DNA of 64,000 nt from UHGV virus genome UHGV-0021337. One strand, written 5' to 3'. Below are positions 1 through 9,379 of this stretch, in pieces. Source of the stretch: a virus. The notes below the pieces were generated by a model. It was not told the origin of the DNA and did not search any database. It worked only from the letters and a program-made list of their open reading frames with translations. The position numbers and the translations under genes are program-made. Numbering within the stretch: position 1 is the first letter of the stretch; every line of letters begins with the position of its first letter.

Positions 1-1520
1 GGGTTGCCGCAGATGACGACAGCGTTAGAAAGTATGTTGAATATTTGTTGAATAAAATTAACGTAGATAAACATATTTTTGAGTGGGTTATAAATCTTTG
101 CAAATACGGAGATGTATACTTAAGACTATATCGTAAGTCAGATTATGAAGATGACGCGAAGTTCTTTGATAATTATACAAGTAAAAAATCGTTAAAAGAA
201 GCAGTTAAAATTCAAGCATATAGCGACGATGATACATATGCTCATTATGTTGAGATGATGCCAAACCCTGCAGAATACTACGAGTTAACAAAACACGGCA
301 AAACATATGGATACATAAAAGCTCCTGTTATAACTCCTTCTAGTTTTAACACAAACGTAAACAATGTTTTACTGAATAAATTTAGTTACAACTTCAAACA
401 ACAAGATGTAACAGTTTTTGATGCTACACAATTTGTTCATGCTGCATTGTACGACAATTCTAGCCGCACCCCTGAAGAAGTCAACATTAGTACCGAAGAT
501 GATTCGAAGAACTATACATATACTGTTAAAAGAGGTCAATCCTTATTTTACAATGTATTTAAGGTGTGGAGAGAATTAAGACTTCTTGAAACTGCAATAC
601 TATTAAACAGAATAACTAAATCATCTGTTGTTCGTATTGTCCAAGTAGAAGTTGGAGCTATGGATAAGACTATGGTAGGGCCACATCTTATCGGTATTAA
701 ACAAATGTTTGAACAAAAAGCAGCTCTTGACACCGACAAGAGTATGACCGAATACAACAATCCAGGCCCAACTGAAAATAACGTTTACATTCCAACAAGG
801 AACGGAGTTGGAGCAATACAAGTTCAGAATGTGGGCGGAGATACTCCAAATATAACAGGGCTTGCAGATTTAGACTACTTTAAGAATAAGTTTTATGGAG
901 CACTTCGTATCCCTAAACAATTTTTCGGCGAAACCGAAGACGGTGGCGGATTTGATGCAGGAAAATCATTGTCTGTTATATCTTCAAGATATGCTAAGAT
1001 GATTAAACGAATTCAAAACTCAATAATTCAAGCAATAACAGATATGATAAATTTAATGCTTGTTGATGCACAACTTGATTCTTATGTAAATAAATTTACT
1101 ATCAAGATGCTACCTCCGACAACACAAGAAGCACTAGACAGAAGAGACAATACTCGTGAAAAAGTTGGTATTATACAAGATATTATGAATATACTCGGCG
1201 ATGTTGATAATCAAACAGTAAAACTCAAGATACTTAAAACATTGTTGGCTGACACGATTACGGACACAGATGTTGTAAATCTACTTCAGGAAGAAATAGA
1301 CAGAAAAGAACAGGAAGAAGATGAAAGCTTCACTACAACTGAAACAATTGAAGAGACTGAAAATGAAGTTAATCCTGAGCCTGAAAAACGTCGTTCATCT
1401 ATCGATTTAGATAGAGAGTTAGGTCTTACAAATGAACCAGCTGCAGAAGAAATAGAACCTTCTGACGAGATAATACTCCCACAACCAGCGTCATTAGGAC
1501 AAGACTTTACAAACTTGTAA
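1..1520 (+). CDS. portal protein (5' partial; reading frame stays open to the window start, ORF-track start at 45 is TTG)
   Basis: There is no stop between nt 3 and 45 in this frame. The protein is at least 506 aa and sits upstream of the protease/scaffold and major capsid genes. It has a very acidic C-terminal tail (EEIEPSDEIILPQ). Central segments such as DLDYFKNKFYGALRIPKQFFGE resemble portal clip/wing regions. The call rests mainly on synteny. Confidence 0.5.
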   Translation, partial: VAADDDSVRKYVEYLLNKINVDKHIFEWVINLCKYGDVYLRLYRKSDYEDDAKFFDNYTSKKSLKEAVKIQAYSDDDTYAHYVEMMPNPAEYYELTKHGKTYGYIKAPVITPSSFNTNVNNVLLNKFSYNFKQQDVTVFDATQFVHAALYDNSSRTPEEVNISTEDDSKNYTYTVKRGQSLFYNVFKVWRELRLLETAILLNRITKSSVVRIVQVEVGAMDKTMVGPHLIGIKQMFEQKAALDTDKSMTEYNNPGPTENNVYIPTRNGVGAIQVQNVGGDTPNITGLADLDYFKNKFYGALRIPKQFFGETEDGGGFDAGKSLSVISSRYAKMIKRIQNSIIQAITDMINLMLVDAQLDSYVNKFTIKMLPPTTQEALDRRDNTREKVGIIQDIMNILGDVDNQTVKLKILKTLLADTITDTDVVNLLQEEIDRKEQEEDESFTTTETIEETENEVNPEPEKRRSSIDLDRELGLTNEPAAEEIEPSDEIILPQPASLGQDFTNL

Positions 1521-1570
1521 GCGTAAGTTTAACAGGTTTTATACTAAGGTAAATAATTTATACATGATTA

Positions 1571-1625
1571 GTTGTTTCGCCTGAGCAACACCTAAGTGCA
1601 AAGGCGAGCAACCTAATTTTATTTA
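1571..1625 (+). terminator. weak hairpin (TTCGCC / GGCGAG, large loop) followed by a T-rich tract, downstream of the portal gene
   Basis: An imperfect inverted repeat, gttgtttcgcc ... ggcgagcaac, is followed by ctaattttatttaatattt. Confidence 0.25.
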
Positions 1626-1673
1626 ATATTTCAATTTAATTTTTAGCCTGTTATACAGGAAGGAGTTAAAAAC

Positions 1674-2123
1674 ATGGCTTTAACAAAGAATGACTGCTTA
1701 TTACTACTAAGTGAAATTTCTGATAAAGGAATAAACACAGACCAAGTAACTACACAACTTTACGCTCAAAAAGAACTTCCTTTATCAGTTGTAAAATTTA
1801 TAAACGATAATCGCGAGCTAGACTTAACAAAATTCTACAAAAAACTTAGAAAAAGTTACAATGATAAACATTCAAAACTTTACTATAACATTGTAAAAGA
1901 AGTTGATGATACAACTTCAGTATTAACAACTTTAAGCTCGTTACAGCTTCAAATACTGTTATATTCAAAGCAAGCTGATAATATAGAGATGTTTTTGAAA
2001 AATGCTAGACTTTCAGAAATATCATATGTGCTGTTAAACTATGCAAAAACATATGACTTAACTCCGTGTCTCAAAGTGCTCCGGCTCATCAAAGCCGACC
2101 TAAAAGCACTTGAAACACTGTAA
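1674..2123 (+). CDS. hypothetical protein (149 aa)
   Basis: ORF with RBS AGGAGT 8 nt upstream of the ATG. I recognise no motifs. Confidence 0.5.
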   Translation: MALTKNDCLLLLSEISDKGINTDQVTTQLYAQKELPLSVVKFINDNRELDLTKFYKKLRKSYNDKHSKLYYNIVKEVDDTTSVLTTLSSLQLQILLYSKQADNIEMFLKNARLSEISYVLLNYAKTYDLTPCLKVLRLIKADLKALETL

Positions 2124-2291
2124 AAGTAGAAAGATTTTTAGATGTTTCGTCTTTTTGACGAACATATATAATATAACTTACTCATATATGCAATATAGAG
2201 TTAATATGTTATTATATGAGTTTACGAATATAATAACATATGTTTCTATATAAATATATGAGCTTTATAGCTAAATAATTTATTACATTAT

Positions 2292-2317
2292 TACGCGTAT
2301 GCGTACGCACGTGCGTG
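2292..2317. repeat. 26-nt perfectly alternating purine-pyrimidine tract (TACGCGTATGCGTACGCACGTGCGTG) containing nested palindromes TACGCGTA and ACGCACGTGCGT
   Basis: Read directly from the sequence. It is a GC-rich island inside a stretch that is more than 75% AT. The alternating Pu/Py pattern gives Z-DNA-forming potential. Confidence 0.7.
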
Positions 2318-2451
2318 AGCAAGAAATCTAAACTTCTCGACTTTCTTGAATTTGTTAAGTTACTAGAAGTTTCAAGTACTAAATTACTTATCAATTTAAT
2401 TTAATAGTTTTGTATATGATTATAGCTTCTGGAGTTTTAGGTTATAGGTCT

Positions 2452-2465
2452 TGGTGGGCCCACCA
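2452..2465. promoter_or_regulatory. 14-bp perfect GC-rich palindrome TGGTGGGCCCACCA, between an extended -10 (TTTTGTATATGAT, about 2409-2420) and the HNH gene. Possible operator or structured 5' leader.
   Basis: Perfect dyad read directly. It lies inside the region the ORF track assigns as the N-terminus of the 2410 ORF. A -10 TATAAT sits at 2479-2484 and an AGAGG RBS at 2491-2495. Confidence 0.4.
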
Positions 2466-2499
2466 GTTAGCCAGACTCTATAATCACTCTAGAGGTTGT

Positions 2500-3414
2500 A
2501 TGAATACAGGTGAATTAAAGTATAAATTACTAGAAACAGGTTTGTTTATTGATAATAACTACTTAGACAAGTATGTTCAACATGTGTTAACTCAAAATCA
2601 GCTTGTACATGTTAACTATCAAAGTGAAAAGCATCATATAATTCCACGTTGTTACTTTGTCGAGTTACATAAACCTGTTGATAATTCTTCGGAAAACATT
2701 GTAGATTTAATGCGTTCTGATCATTGTATAGCGCATGTGTTGTTAAGCTTATGTGCAAAATCTTCACGATTACAGCAAGCCAACTATACTGCTGCGTATT
2801 ACACATTGCGAACAAAAGGCAAAACTAAAATGCCGATTGAGGATATCAATAAACTTCAATCTTGGTTGCAAGAACTAAATCTTTCAAAAGCTGTGGACTT
2901 TACAAAGAGTGAACAGTTTAAATTTTTACATACACAACTTAGATGGTATACCGACGGTAAGAGTGAGTTGTATATGTCTATAGATAAAACAGTTCCCGAC
3001 GGTTATTTTCCTGGACGACTCAGAACTAGATTACAAGGTCTAAACAAAGGCACATTCTGGGCCAACGATGGAGTTAAAAACTTTAAAGTTACTTCACTTG
3101 ACAGTTTACCTGAAGGTGTACATGCAGGTATGTTACCAAGTGAATCAAAACACTGCAATTGTGGTCGTTTTGAACGCACACAAGCAACAAGAGATAAGTT
3201 AAGTGCTGCTCGTAAAGCTTATTATGCTAAAAATCCAGGGGTACGAAACGCAGGCAATTTTGTTAAAAGACAAGTCGGAATACTTTCTGGTCGTATCAGT
3301 ATAACTAATGGTGTTAAGAATAAGTTTATATTTAAGGAAGACCTTCCTAAGTGGGAATCAATAGGCTGGTACTGTGGATCAACTCAGGTGTGGCATAAAC
3401 GTAAAGGGAAATAA
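2500..3414 (+). CDS. free-standing HNH homing endonuclease (start revised from 2410 to the ATG at 2500)
   Basis: The segment SEKHHIIPRCYFVELHKPVDNSSENIVDLMRSDHCIAHVLL is a classic H-N-H motif (HH...N...H). The basic C-terminal half is consistent with a DNA-binding tail. RBS AGAGG lies 5 nt before ATG 2500. Upstream codons 2410-2499 span a palindrome and a promoter and look non-coding. Confidence 0.7.
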   Translation: MNTGELKYKLLETGLFIDNNYLDKYVQHVLTQNQLVHVNYQSEKHHIIPRCYFVELHKPVDNSSENIVDLMRSDHCIAHVLLSLCAKSSRLQQANYTAAYYTLRTKGKTKMPIEDINKLQSWLQELNLSKAVDFTKSEQFKFLHTQLRWYTDGKSELYMSIDKTVPDGYFPGRLRTRLQGLNKGTFWANDGVKNFKVTSLDSLPEGVHAGMLPSESKHCNCGRFERTQATRDKLSAARKAYYAKNPGVRNAGNFVKRQVGILSGRISITNGVKNKFIFKEDLPKWESIGWYCGSTQVWHKRKGK

Positions 3415-3416
3415 AC

Positions 3417-4907
3417 ATGAGTGATGTTAGTTTTTCATACAAGTCTTTAAGCGAAGAAGAGAAAAAGTCTCGTAATATTCTTGGTAGACTCTCTGGTGTG
3501 CTTGCAGACTTTAAACATCCCACACGAAATGGGCGCTTATATTCAGAAGCGCTTTGGGATAAAACTCTAAATAGTGACTTATTTAAGGAGCAGATAAAAA
3601 ATCGCTGCGTCTTAGGAGAACTAGGTCACCCAGAAAATAGAGATGAGATAGACATAGAAAAAGTAGCTATTTGTTTATCTGAAACACCTACTAAGATGTC
3701 AGACGGCACAATTCAGGGGATATTTGATATTCTTGATACCCCGAATGGACGCATTCTTAAAACATTGTGTGACTACGGATGCAATATTGGGATTTCTAGC
3801 CGCGGGAACGGTGACGTTGAAACAAACGTGATGGGCGAGGAAGTCGTAGATCCTGACACCTACGACTTAAAGTGCTGGGATGCCGTATTGTTACCAGCCG
3901 TTAAAGCTGCAAGAATGCGTGTGGTCGAATCATTAGAAAATAAAAAGTCATTAAAACAAGCATTAACTGAAGCCTTAAATGATGCTGATGAAGATGCTCG
4001 TAAAGTAATGACTGATACATTAAACAACTTAAAAATTGATATTGAAGAGTCCGAAGCCGAAGAAACAGTTGACGATGTCAAAGTTGAAATGGTAAAAGAA
4101 CTTCAAGAATCGATTAAGGCAAAACAATCTTTAGAAACTGAAAATAGACACTTACAAGAAAAGTTGTCAGTTTGCTATGCAAAAGAAACCAGCCTTGAAG
4201 AAGAATTACAAAGATTTAAATCTACTGTAGTTTCATTGTCTGACAGTGCAAAGAAAGTTAAACCTTTACAAACAAAAGTTGAAGCTTTAACTGAAGCATT
4301 AAATGCAAAAGATGAAGTTATCAACAAGATGAATGTAAGAATTCAAAAACTAACTGAAAGTTTGAAAGCTTCAGAAAGTCAACAAACAAGATTAACTGAA
4401 AATTTATCTGCTAAATCAAAAGAGGCTGATAAACGCTTGAATGAAAGTCTTGCTAAAAACAAAACTTTAATAGAGCAAGTTAAGAAATTTGAAGAAGAAA
4501 AAGCACAACTTAAAGAAAGTTTAGAAAACTTACGCAAAGACGCATCGTTGAAAGCAAATGAGTACAAAGCGTCACTTGAAAAAACTTCTAAATTAGTAGA
4601 ACACTATAAACAAGTTGCTAACAATGTTTCCGATTACTACATAAAATCGAGAGCAGCTGCGTTAGGTATTTCTGCACAAGAAATAAAAAATAGACTTGCT
4701 GAAAGTTACACTTATGAAGATGTTAATAAAGTGTGCGATGATATTCGTGATTATCAACTAAATGTGTCGAAACTACCTTTCGACTTAAAACGTTCAAAAG
4801 TGAAAGTTACTGAGTCAAAAGAAACTCTAGCTCCTCTAAAACAAAATCTCGACGACGAAGTCGACGAACAACTTTTAGGGTTAGCAAACTCAATGATTAA
4901 AAAATAA
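3417..4907 (+). CDS. putative prohead protease / scaffolding protein (N-terminal globular domain plus about 300-aa coiled coil)
   Basis: It lies between the portal and the major capsid gene. Residues about 180-480 are heptad-rich and charged (KLTESLKASESQQTRLTENLSAK...), typical of scaffolds. The N-terminal domain (GELGHPENRDEIDIEK...SSRGNGD) could be a protease domain. The protease function is inferred from position only. Confidence 0.4.
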   Translation: MSDVSFSYKSLSEEEKKSRNILGRLSGVLADFKHPTRNGRLYSEALWDKTLNSDLFKEQIKNRCVLGELGHPENRDEIDIEKVAICLSETPTKMSDGTIQGIFDILDTPNGRILKTLCDYGCNIGISSRGNGDVETNVMGEEVVDPDTYDLKCWDAVLLPAVKAARMRVVESLENKKSLKQALTEALNDADEDARKVMTDTLNNLKIDIEESEAEETVDDVKVEMVKELQESIKAKQSLETENRHLQEKLSVCYAKETSLEEELQRFKSTVVSLSDSAKKVKPLQTKVEALTEALNAKDEVINKMNVRIQKLTESLKASESQQTRLTENLSAKSKEADKRLNESLAKNKTLIEQVKKFEEEKAQLKESLENLRKDASLKANEYKASLEKTSKLVEHYKQVANNVSDYYIKSRAAALGISAQEIKNRLAESYTYEDVNKVCDDIRDYQLNVSKLPFDLKRSKVKVTESKETLAPLKQNLDDEVDEQLLGLANSMIKK

Positions 4908-4928
4908 TTAAGAAGGAAAAATACACTT

Positions 4929-6332
4929 ATGGCAACATTGCTTGAAAATTATGCTAAGAAATTAGCGATTTCTGAATCTGTTTATGCCAATGCACATAGC
5001 GGTGCTAAACTTTCTGACACAAAGAAAATAGCAATTGCTACTGTACTTGACAACACATCCAAATTCCTCAACGAAGCTTTTACTAACTCCGTTGGTACTC
5101 AAAGAGCAGATATGGGATTATTTAAACGTTTCTGCTTGAACCTGACTACTGTCACGATGCCAAACCTTATTGCGTCTGACCTTGTTATCGTTCATCCAAT
5201 GACCTCTATGGCCGGATACATTGCATATGTTCAGTATGTAAAAGGAACTAACAAAGGTGAAAGCAAACAAGGCGACCTTATCGCTGATCCTTTCAAACTT
5301 GGAAAAGTTGATGCGAACTATACTGCGGCTAGAGTAGTTGAAACATTCAAAGGTGACGCAACTACTAAAGACTTCACCGTTGCGTGGACTCCTGTTTTTG
5401 ACAAGAAAGATGCTAACGGTAAATACGTTGAACTTAAAGTTTTTGTAAACGGTGTTCAAGAAGCTGATGCTGATATCACAGTTGACAGCGCTACTGGTAA
5501 AATTACACTTAAAAATGCTCCTGGAACAGACGTTGAAGTTCGTATTGCTTATGTTTATGACAACATCGTTATTCCTCAGAACGACCTCCCCATTCTTAAC
5601 GCACAGATGACTTCTATGCCTCTTTTAGCTAAAGCTCGTAGAATCGCTGTTTACTACAGCCAGATCGCTGCTTTCCAAGCTAAACAGGATTATGGATTTG
5701 ATCTTGGTGATCAACTTGCAGAAAAAGCAGTTGCAGAACTTGCTTATGAAATTGATACTGAAATCACAAATCTTCTTATCGAAAATGCAGACGCTGATAC
5801 AACGTTGAGATGGAATAAAGCTCTTCCCACTGGTGTTTCTAAAGCAGAACATTATGCAGGTTTCGGTGAAATAGTTGAAGATGCTGCAAAAGTTATCTAC
5901 AAAAGAACTCAGAAACACATGCCTACTTACATGCTTATCTCTCCTGAAATTAAACCTGTGTTGAAATTTGTTCCTGGATTTACTGCTGCTTCTGTAACAA
6001 CTGTTAATGGTCCTTACTATGCAGGAACGCTTGATGGTTTGAAAGTATTCGTAACTCCTAACATTGAAGATAATAAATTTGTTCTCGGTGTTAATGGAAA
6101 CGATATGATGACCAGCGCAGCTGTTTATGCTCCTTATATGGCCATCGTTCCTACTCAACTTCTACAGTACGCTGACGGCGGAACAAGCCAGGGCTTCAGC
6201 ACAATGTACGATTTGAAAATCCTTAACAAAGACCTTCTTGTTAAAGGCGAAATCTACACTGACGTAACTGAAATCGTTTCCAACGTAGTTGGGTCGAGAG
6301 AAGTTGCTAAAGGCGACAACGGTCAAGTTTAA
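4929..6332 (+). CDS. major capsid protein
   Basis: 467 aa, directly after the scaffold-like gene. It is followed by the strongest intrinsic terminator in the module. Codon usage is consistent with high expression. No motif-level proof. Confidence 0.55.
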   Translation: MATLLENYAKKLAISESVYANAHSGAKLSDTKKIAIATVLDNTSKFLNEAFTNSVGTQRADMGLFKRFCLNLTTVTMPNLIASDLVIVHPMTSMAGYIAYVQYVKGTNKGESKQGDLIADPFKLGKVDANYTAARVVETFKGDATTKDFTVAWTPVFDKKDANGKYVELKVFVNGVQEADADITVDSATGKITLKNAPGTDVEVRIAYVYDNIVIPQNDLPILNAQMTSMPLLAKARRIAVYYSQIAAFQAKQDYGFDLGDQLAEKAVAELAYEIDTEITNLLIENADADTTLRWNKALPTGVSKAEHYAGFGEIVEDAAKVIYKRTQKHMPTYMLISPEIKPVLKFVPGFTAASVTTVNGPYYAGTLDGLKVFVTPNIEDNKFVLGVNGNDMMTSAAVYAPYMAIVPTQLLQYADGGTSQGFSTMYDLKILNKDLLVKGEIYTDVTEIVSNVVGSREVAKGDNGQV

Positions 6333-6351
6333 TCTTTAAACTAACTAAATC

Positions 6352-6383
6352 AAAGAGCAAGTAAAATTTACTTGCTCTTTTTT
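6352..6383 (+). terminator. rho-independent terminator after the capsid gene
   Basis: aagagcaagtaaa / tttacttgctctt forms an 11-12 bp perfect stem with a small loop, followed by TTTTTTGG. Confidence 0.8.
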
Positions 6384-6402
6384 GGTTATTTCTTGTATTC
6401 TT

Positions 6403-6421
6403 AGTATAATTCTTGTATAAT
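6403..6421 (+). promoter_or_regulatory. tandem extended -10 elements (TAGTATAAT / TTGTATAAT)
   Basis: Two TGnTATAAT-like hexamers lie between the capsid terminator and the 6459 gene. Confidence 0.4.
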
Positions 6422-6458
6422 AACTAACCACGACCTCTAAATTGAAGGAGAATATAAA

Positions 6459-6734
6459 ATGAAACCTTTTGTTGTTTATATCAAACCAAATAAGAATGAT
6501 AACATAACACTAACCAAAGAAGAATTTGAACAGTATATTCAAGCAGCTTATGATAAAGGCTATGCAGACGGAGAGGCTGTTGGAGGTGTGACAATTACAC
6601 CTTCGCCTGTAACACCTTTAACTAATCCAGGAACTCCTTTGAACCCCTGGTATAGTACTCCTATTACTTGTGATACTGCTCATCCTAAAACTTGCGAGTT
6701 AAACAAAAGCACTGGCGTCACACTTCATTCATAG
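6459..6734 (+). CDS. hypothetical small virion-module protein, Pro/Thr-rich C-terminal half
   Basis: RBS GAAGGAG. The sequence TITPSPVTPLTNPGTPLNPWYSTPITCD is low-complexity Pro/Thr-rich. Confidence 0.5.
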   Translation: MKPFVVYIKPNKNDNITLTKEEFEQYIQAAYDKGYADGEAVGGVTITPSPVTPLTNPGTPLNPWYSTPITCDTAHPKTCELNKSTGVTLHS

Positions 6735-6819
6735 ATAATTCATAAAACTTTAGTTACATTCAACTAAATTATTTATATCAAGTGTGGTAAAGAGTCTTTA
6801 TGACTTTTACATAGCGCTT

Positions 6820-6850
6820 AAGAGACTAGTCACACCTCCGCTAGTCTCTT
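6820..6850 (+). promoter_or_regulatory. perfect 10-bp stem-loop (AAGAGACTAG / CTAGTCTCTT) whose 11-nt loop carries CACCTCC, identical to the anti-Shine-Dalgarno core of 16S rRNA. It lies in the 5' leader of the 6872 gene.
   Basis: Read directly from the sequence. No T-run follows, so it is not a classical terminator. Confidence 0.4.
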
Positions 6851-6871
6851 GAGTTGCAGATTAAGGAACTT

Positions 6872-7597
6872 ATGGATTTTAAGTCAATTATTGAAGAAGT
6901 AAAATCAAACGTTACCGGCGGTGGTATACTAGAGTGTGAGCTAACCGACGAACAGTTTGGAAAAATTATAGATGCTTCATTTCGCGAAATACAGAGGTAT
7001 ATTGATGATACGCGTCTATTAACTTTACCTTATTCAAAATGTATTGACCTATCTGATAAATCCATATCCGCTGTAGTTCGAGTATACAGAGCAGTTGGAT
7101 ATCTTGCAGGAGATTCTGACACAGTAAGTAACGGAGGTTTCCCTGCTGACCCGATGTATATGGCTCAATGGCAGCTTTTCTCAGGCCCAAGTTCTTTGTA
7201 TAATGTTGACAATTTTGCTATGAATTATGGAGCTTGGAACACTGCGTTGCAAATAAAAAATACTGTTTCGACAGATCTCATATTCAGATATGAAAGATAT
7301 AACTCGAAACTTTATATAAATTGTCCTTATGACGTTCCAGAAAAAATAACAATCGAGTATATACCTCGGTATAACAATGTTGAAGAAATTGTTTCGGACT
7401 TCTGGATTGATAATCTACTTCGTCTATCTATTGCACAAACAAAGATTGCTTTAGGTAGATTAAGAACAAGGTTTACACAAGACAACGCATTGTGGCAGCA
7501 AGATGGTGAAACAATACTTGCCGAAGGACAAGAAGAATTGAAAGAAATACGGGAAAAATTAGATGCAGCAAGCCAGCTGTGCTACCCGGTTGATTAA
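6872..7597 (+). CDS. hypothetical structural protein (start revised to ATG 6872)
   Basis: RBS AAGGAA precedes ATG 6872. The ORF-track start at 6854 is TTG inside the hairpin. Confidence 0.5.
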   Translation: MDFKSIIEEVKSNVTGGGILECELTDEQFGKIIDASFREIQRYIDDTRLLTLPYSKCIDLSDKSISAVVRVYRAVGYLAGDSDTVSNGGFPADPMYMAQWQLFSGPSSLYNVDNFAMNYGAWNTALQIKNTVSTDLIFRYERYNSKLYINCPYDVPEKITIEYIPRYNNVEEIVSDFWIDNLLRLSIAQTKIALGRLRTRFTQDNALWQQDGETILAEGQEELKEIREKLDAASQLCYPVD

Positions 7598-7623
7598 AAC
7601 TAATTGCAATTAGGAGATATTAA

Positions 7624-9354
7624 ATGAGCATTATTCTTAATGAGGCATTTAGACAACTTGAAGCTATGGATCAGGATGTTTTTGATGCTGATAAGGAAGG
7701 ATTAAAAAAGCTTGATGCATTCCTGGACAATGATGAAGCAACCGATGTTTCGGTAGTTATCGACCCAGATGCAGAAAACGAAGATGAGTTGAAAGATTCT
7801 TACATAGGCAAAATACTTTGTCGTTGTGTGGTTTGTCAGTCAGATATAATGAAAGACGAAGATGACCTGCACGAAGACGAGGACTGTCCTGATGTAGTTA
7901 ATTGTGGTGAAGAGTGTCCTATGTGTCAATCTGTTGACGGTTATAAAATTATAGGACGAATTGCCCCTTACGAACTGCAGGATAAAGTAGAAGCTGACTT
8001 AGTAGAAGACTTACATGAAGGCGAAGATAAGAAAGAGCTTGATGATTACTACGACGATGTTGTAAACGCAATGATGGATACGTATTCCTACCTAACCAAA
8101 AACAAAGATGCTCTTATGTTTGCAGTAGATCCTGCTGTGTCTTGGTATGAAGATGATTATATGGATTTTACAGGCGAGTATCCCGACAATCCCGAAGACT
8201 CTATCATGGTGTCGAAAGATGATTTTAACAAATTCTTGAGACATTGGGTCAAACAATCTAAATGGGAAGAAATTCTTGCTGATGGTGTTAATGCGTACTT
8301 TGATGAAAATCCTGATGTCCTTAGAGAAGCTAAAGACGTCACTAAAGGCGAAAAGTCCATTGCAGCTGTTCTAAACAACGCTGAAAATAAAGCTAAAATG
8401 GAAGCGGCTGGTAGCGACGTAGAAAAGTTGAAAAGTGCTGTTTTAGACATACTTGAAGCTGATGAACTTAAAGGTAATAAAGCAATTGAAGACGCTAAAA
8501 GAATTCTTACTAATGCTGAAGGCTTTAAGTTTTTAACAACTCTTACAACTTATATGACTGGCAATAAGATTATAAGCAATAAGAGATATAACAAAAAAGA
8601 TGTTAAAGAAGCGTTTGCAGCTGCAGATTTAGCGGAATATCAAAGATGGGTTGACTTCGACATGAAGAAATATGGACGTATTTCCGATATTACAAAAAGC
8701 AAACTTGATAAAGCAGGCTTAGAAGTTGTTAAAGATGATCATGGAGACTACGAAGTTATCGCAAAAGAGGATGATGGAAAAGTTATAAATGAATCTGTAG
8801 ACAGCGTTGAAGTTAAAGCTGACGGTCAGAAAGTTGAAGTAAAACAAGAAGACGATAAAACTACAGTTGAAGTAAGCAAAGAATGTGAGAAGTGCGAAAA
8901 CGCTGAAACTATTGCTCCTATCGACGAAGTAGAAGAAAAAGAAATTGAAGCTAAACTCGACGCTAACGATGATGAGTTAGACATTGACGAGTTCAGCGAA
9001 GAAGACTTTGACGAATTAGGTGAATCTTATCTTAAACGTGTTTATGAAAATGTAGATGCGTATAAAACTACAAAAGGTTCTGTAAACGGAAATAAGATAA
9101 TGCTCGAAGGCGTTATAACATTCAAGTCTGGAAAGAAAGCAAAAACAAATTTCATGTTTGAATCTGCGAACAAAACAAAATCCGGAAAACTTAAATTCCT
9201 CGGTGAAAATAAACAGTTTGCAAAGAATAAAGCGTTTACTTTAACTGGACATAAAGACGGCAAAAAGTTGTTTATCGAAAGTTTTAACTACAAATATGCG
9301 ATAAAAGACGCAGACGGTAAATCGAAACAACTTTACGGAACTGTTAAGAAATAA
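7624..9354 (+). CDS. highly acidic head-module protein with a Cys cluster (CRCVVCQ...CPDVVNCGEECPMCQ) and a Lys-rich C-terminus
   Basis: RBS AGGAGA. The composition is extremely D/E-rich with a basic tail. It may be an internal or ejection protein, but that is speculation. Confidence 0.5.
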   Translation: MSIILNEAFRQLEAMDQDVFDADKEGLKKLDAFLDNDEATDVSVVIDPDAENEDELKDSYIGKILCRCVVCQSDIMKDEDDLHEDEDCPDVVNCGEECPMCQSVDGYKIIGRIAPYELQDKVEADLVEDLHEGEDKKELDDYYDDVVNAMMDTYSYLTKNKDALMFAVDPAVSWYEDDYMDFTGEYPDNPEDSIMVSKDDFNKFLRHWVKQSKWEEILADGVNAYFDENPDVLREAKDVTKGEKSIAAVLNNAENKAKMEAAGSDVEKLKSAVLDILEADELKGNKAIEDAKRILTNAEGFKFLTTLTTYMTGNKIISNKRYNKKDVKEAFAAADLAEYQRWVDFDMKKYGRISDITKSKLDKAGLEVVKDDHGDYEVIAKEDDGKVINESVDSVEVKADGQKVEVKQEDDKTTVEVSKECEKCENAETIAPIDEVEEKEIEAKLDANDDELDIDEFSEEDFDELGESYLKRVYENVDAYKTTKGSVNGNKIMLEGVITFKSGKKAKTNFMFESANKTKSGKLKFLGENKQFAKNKAFTLTGHKDGKKLFIESFNYKYAIKDADGKSKQLYGTVKK

Positions 9355-9379
9355 TAACTGATAGTGGAGGACGCCGTTA

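Noticed and set aside
2410-2499. ORF-track N-terminus of the HNH gene (MYMIIASGVLGYRSWWAHQLARLYNHSRGC)
   Set aside because: It translates through a 14-bp GC palindrome and a -10 element. A strong AGAGG RBS precedes the in-frame ATG at 2500 instead.
5625-6158. 177-aa minus-strand ORF, along with all other minus-strand ORFs in the track (for example 548-760, 3860-4081, 8157-8450, 33083-33538, 37583-38053, 38839-39216, 51396-51776, 60434-60739)
   Set aside because: Each lies entirely inside a well-supported + strand gene. Each lacks an RBS and shows Cys/Ser/Phe-rich shadow-frame composition. The whole window is transcribed from one strand.
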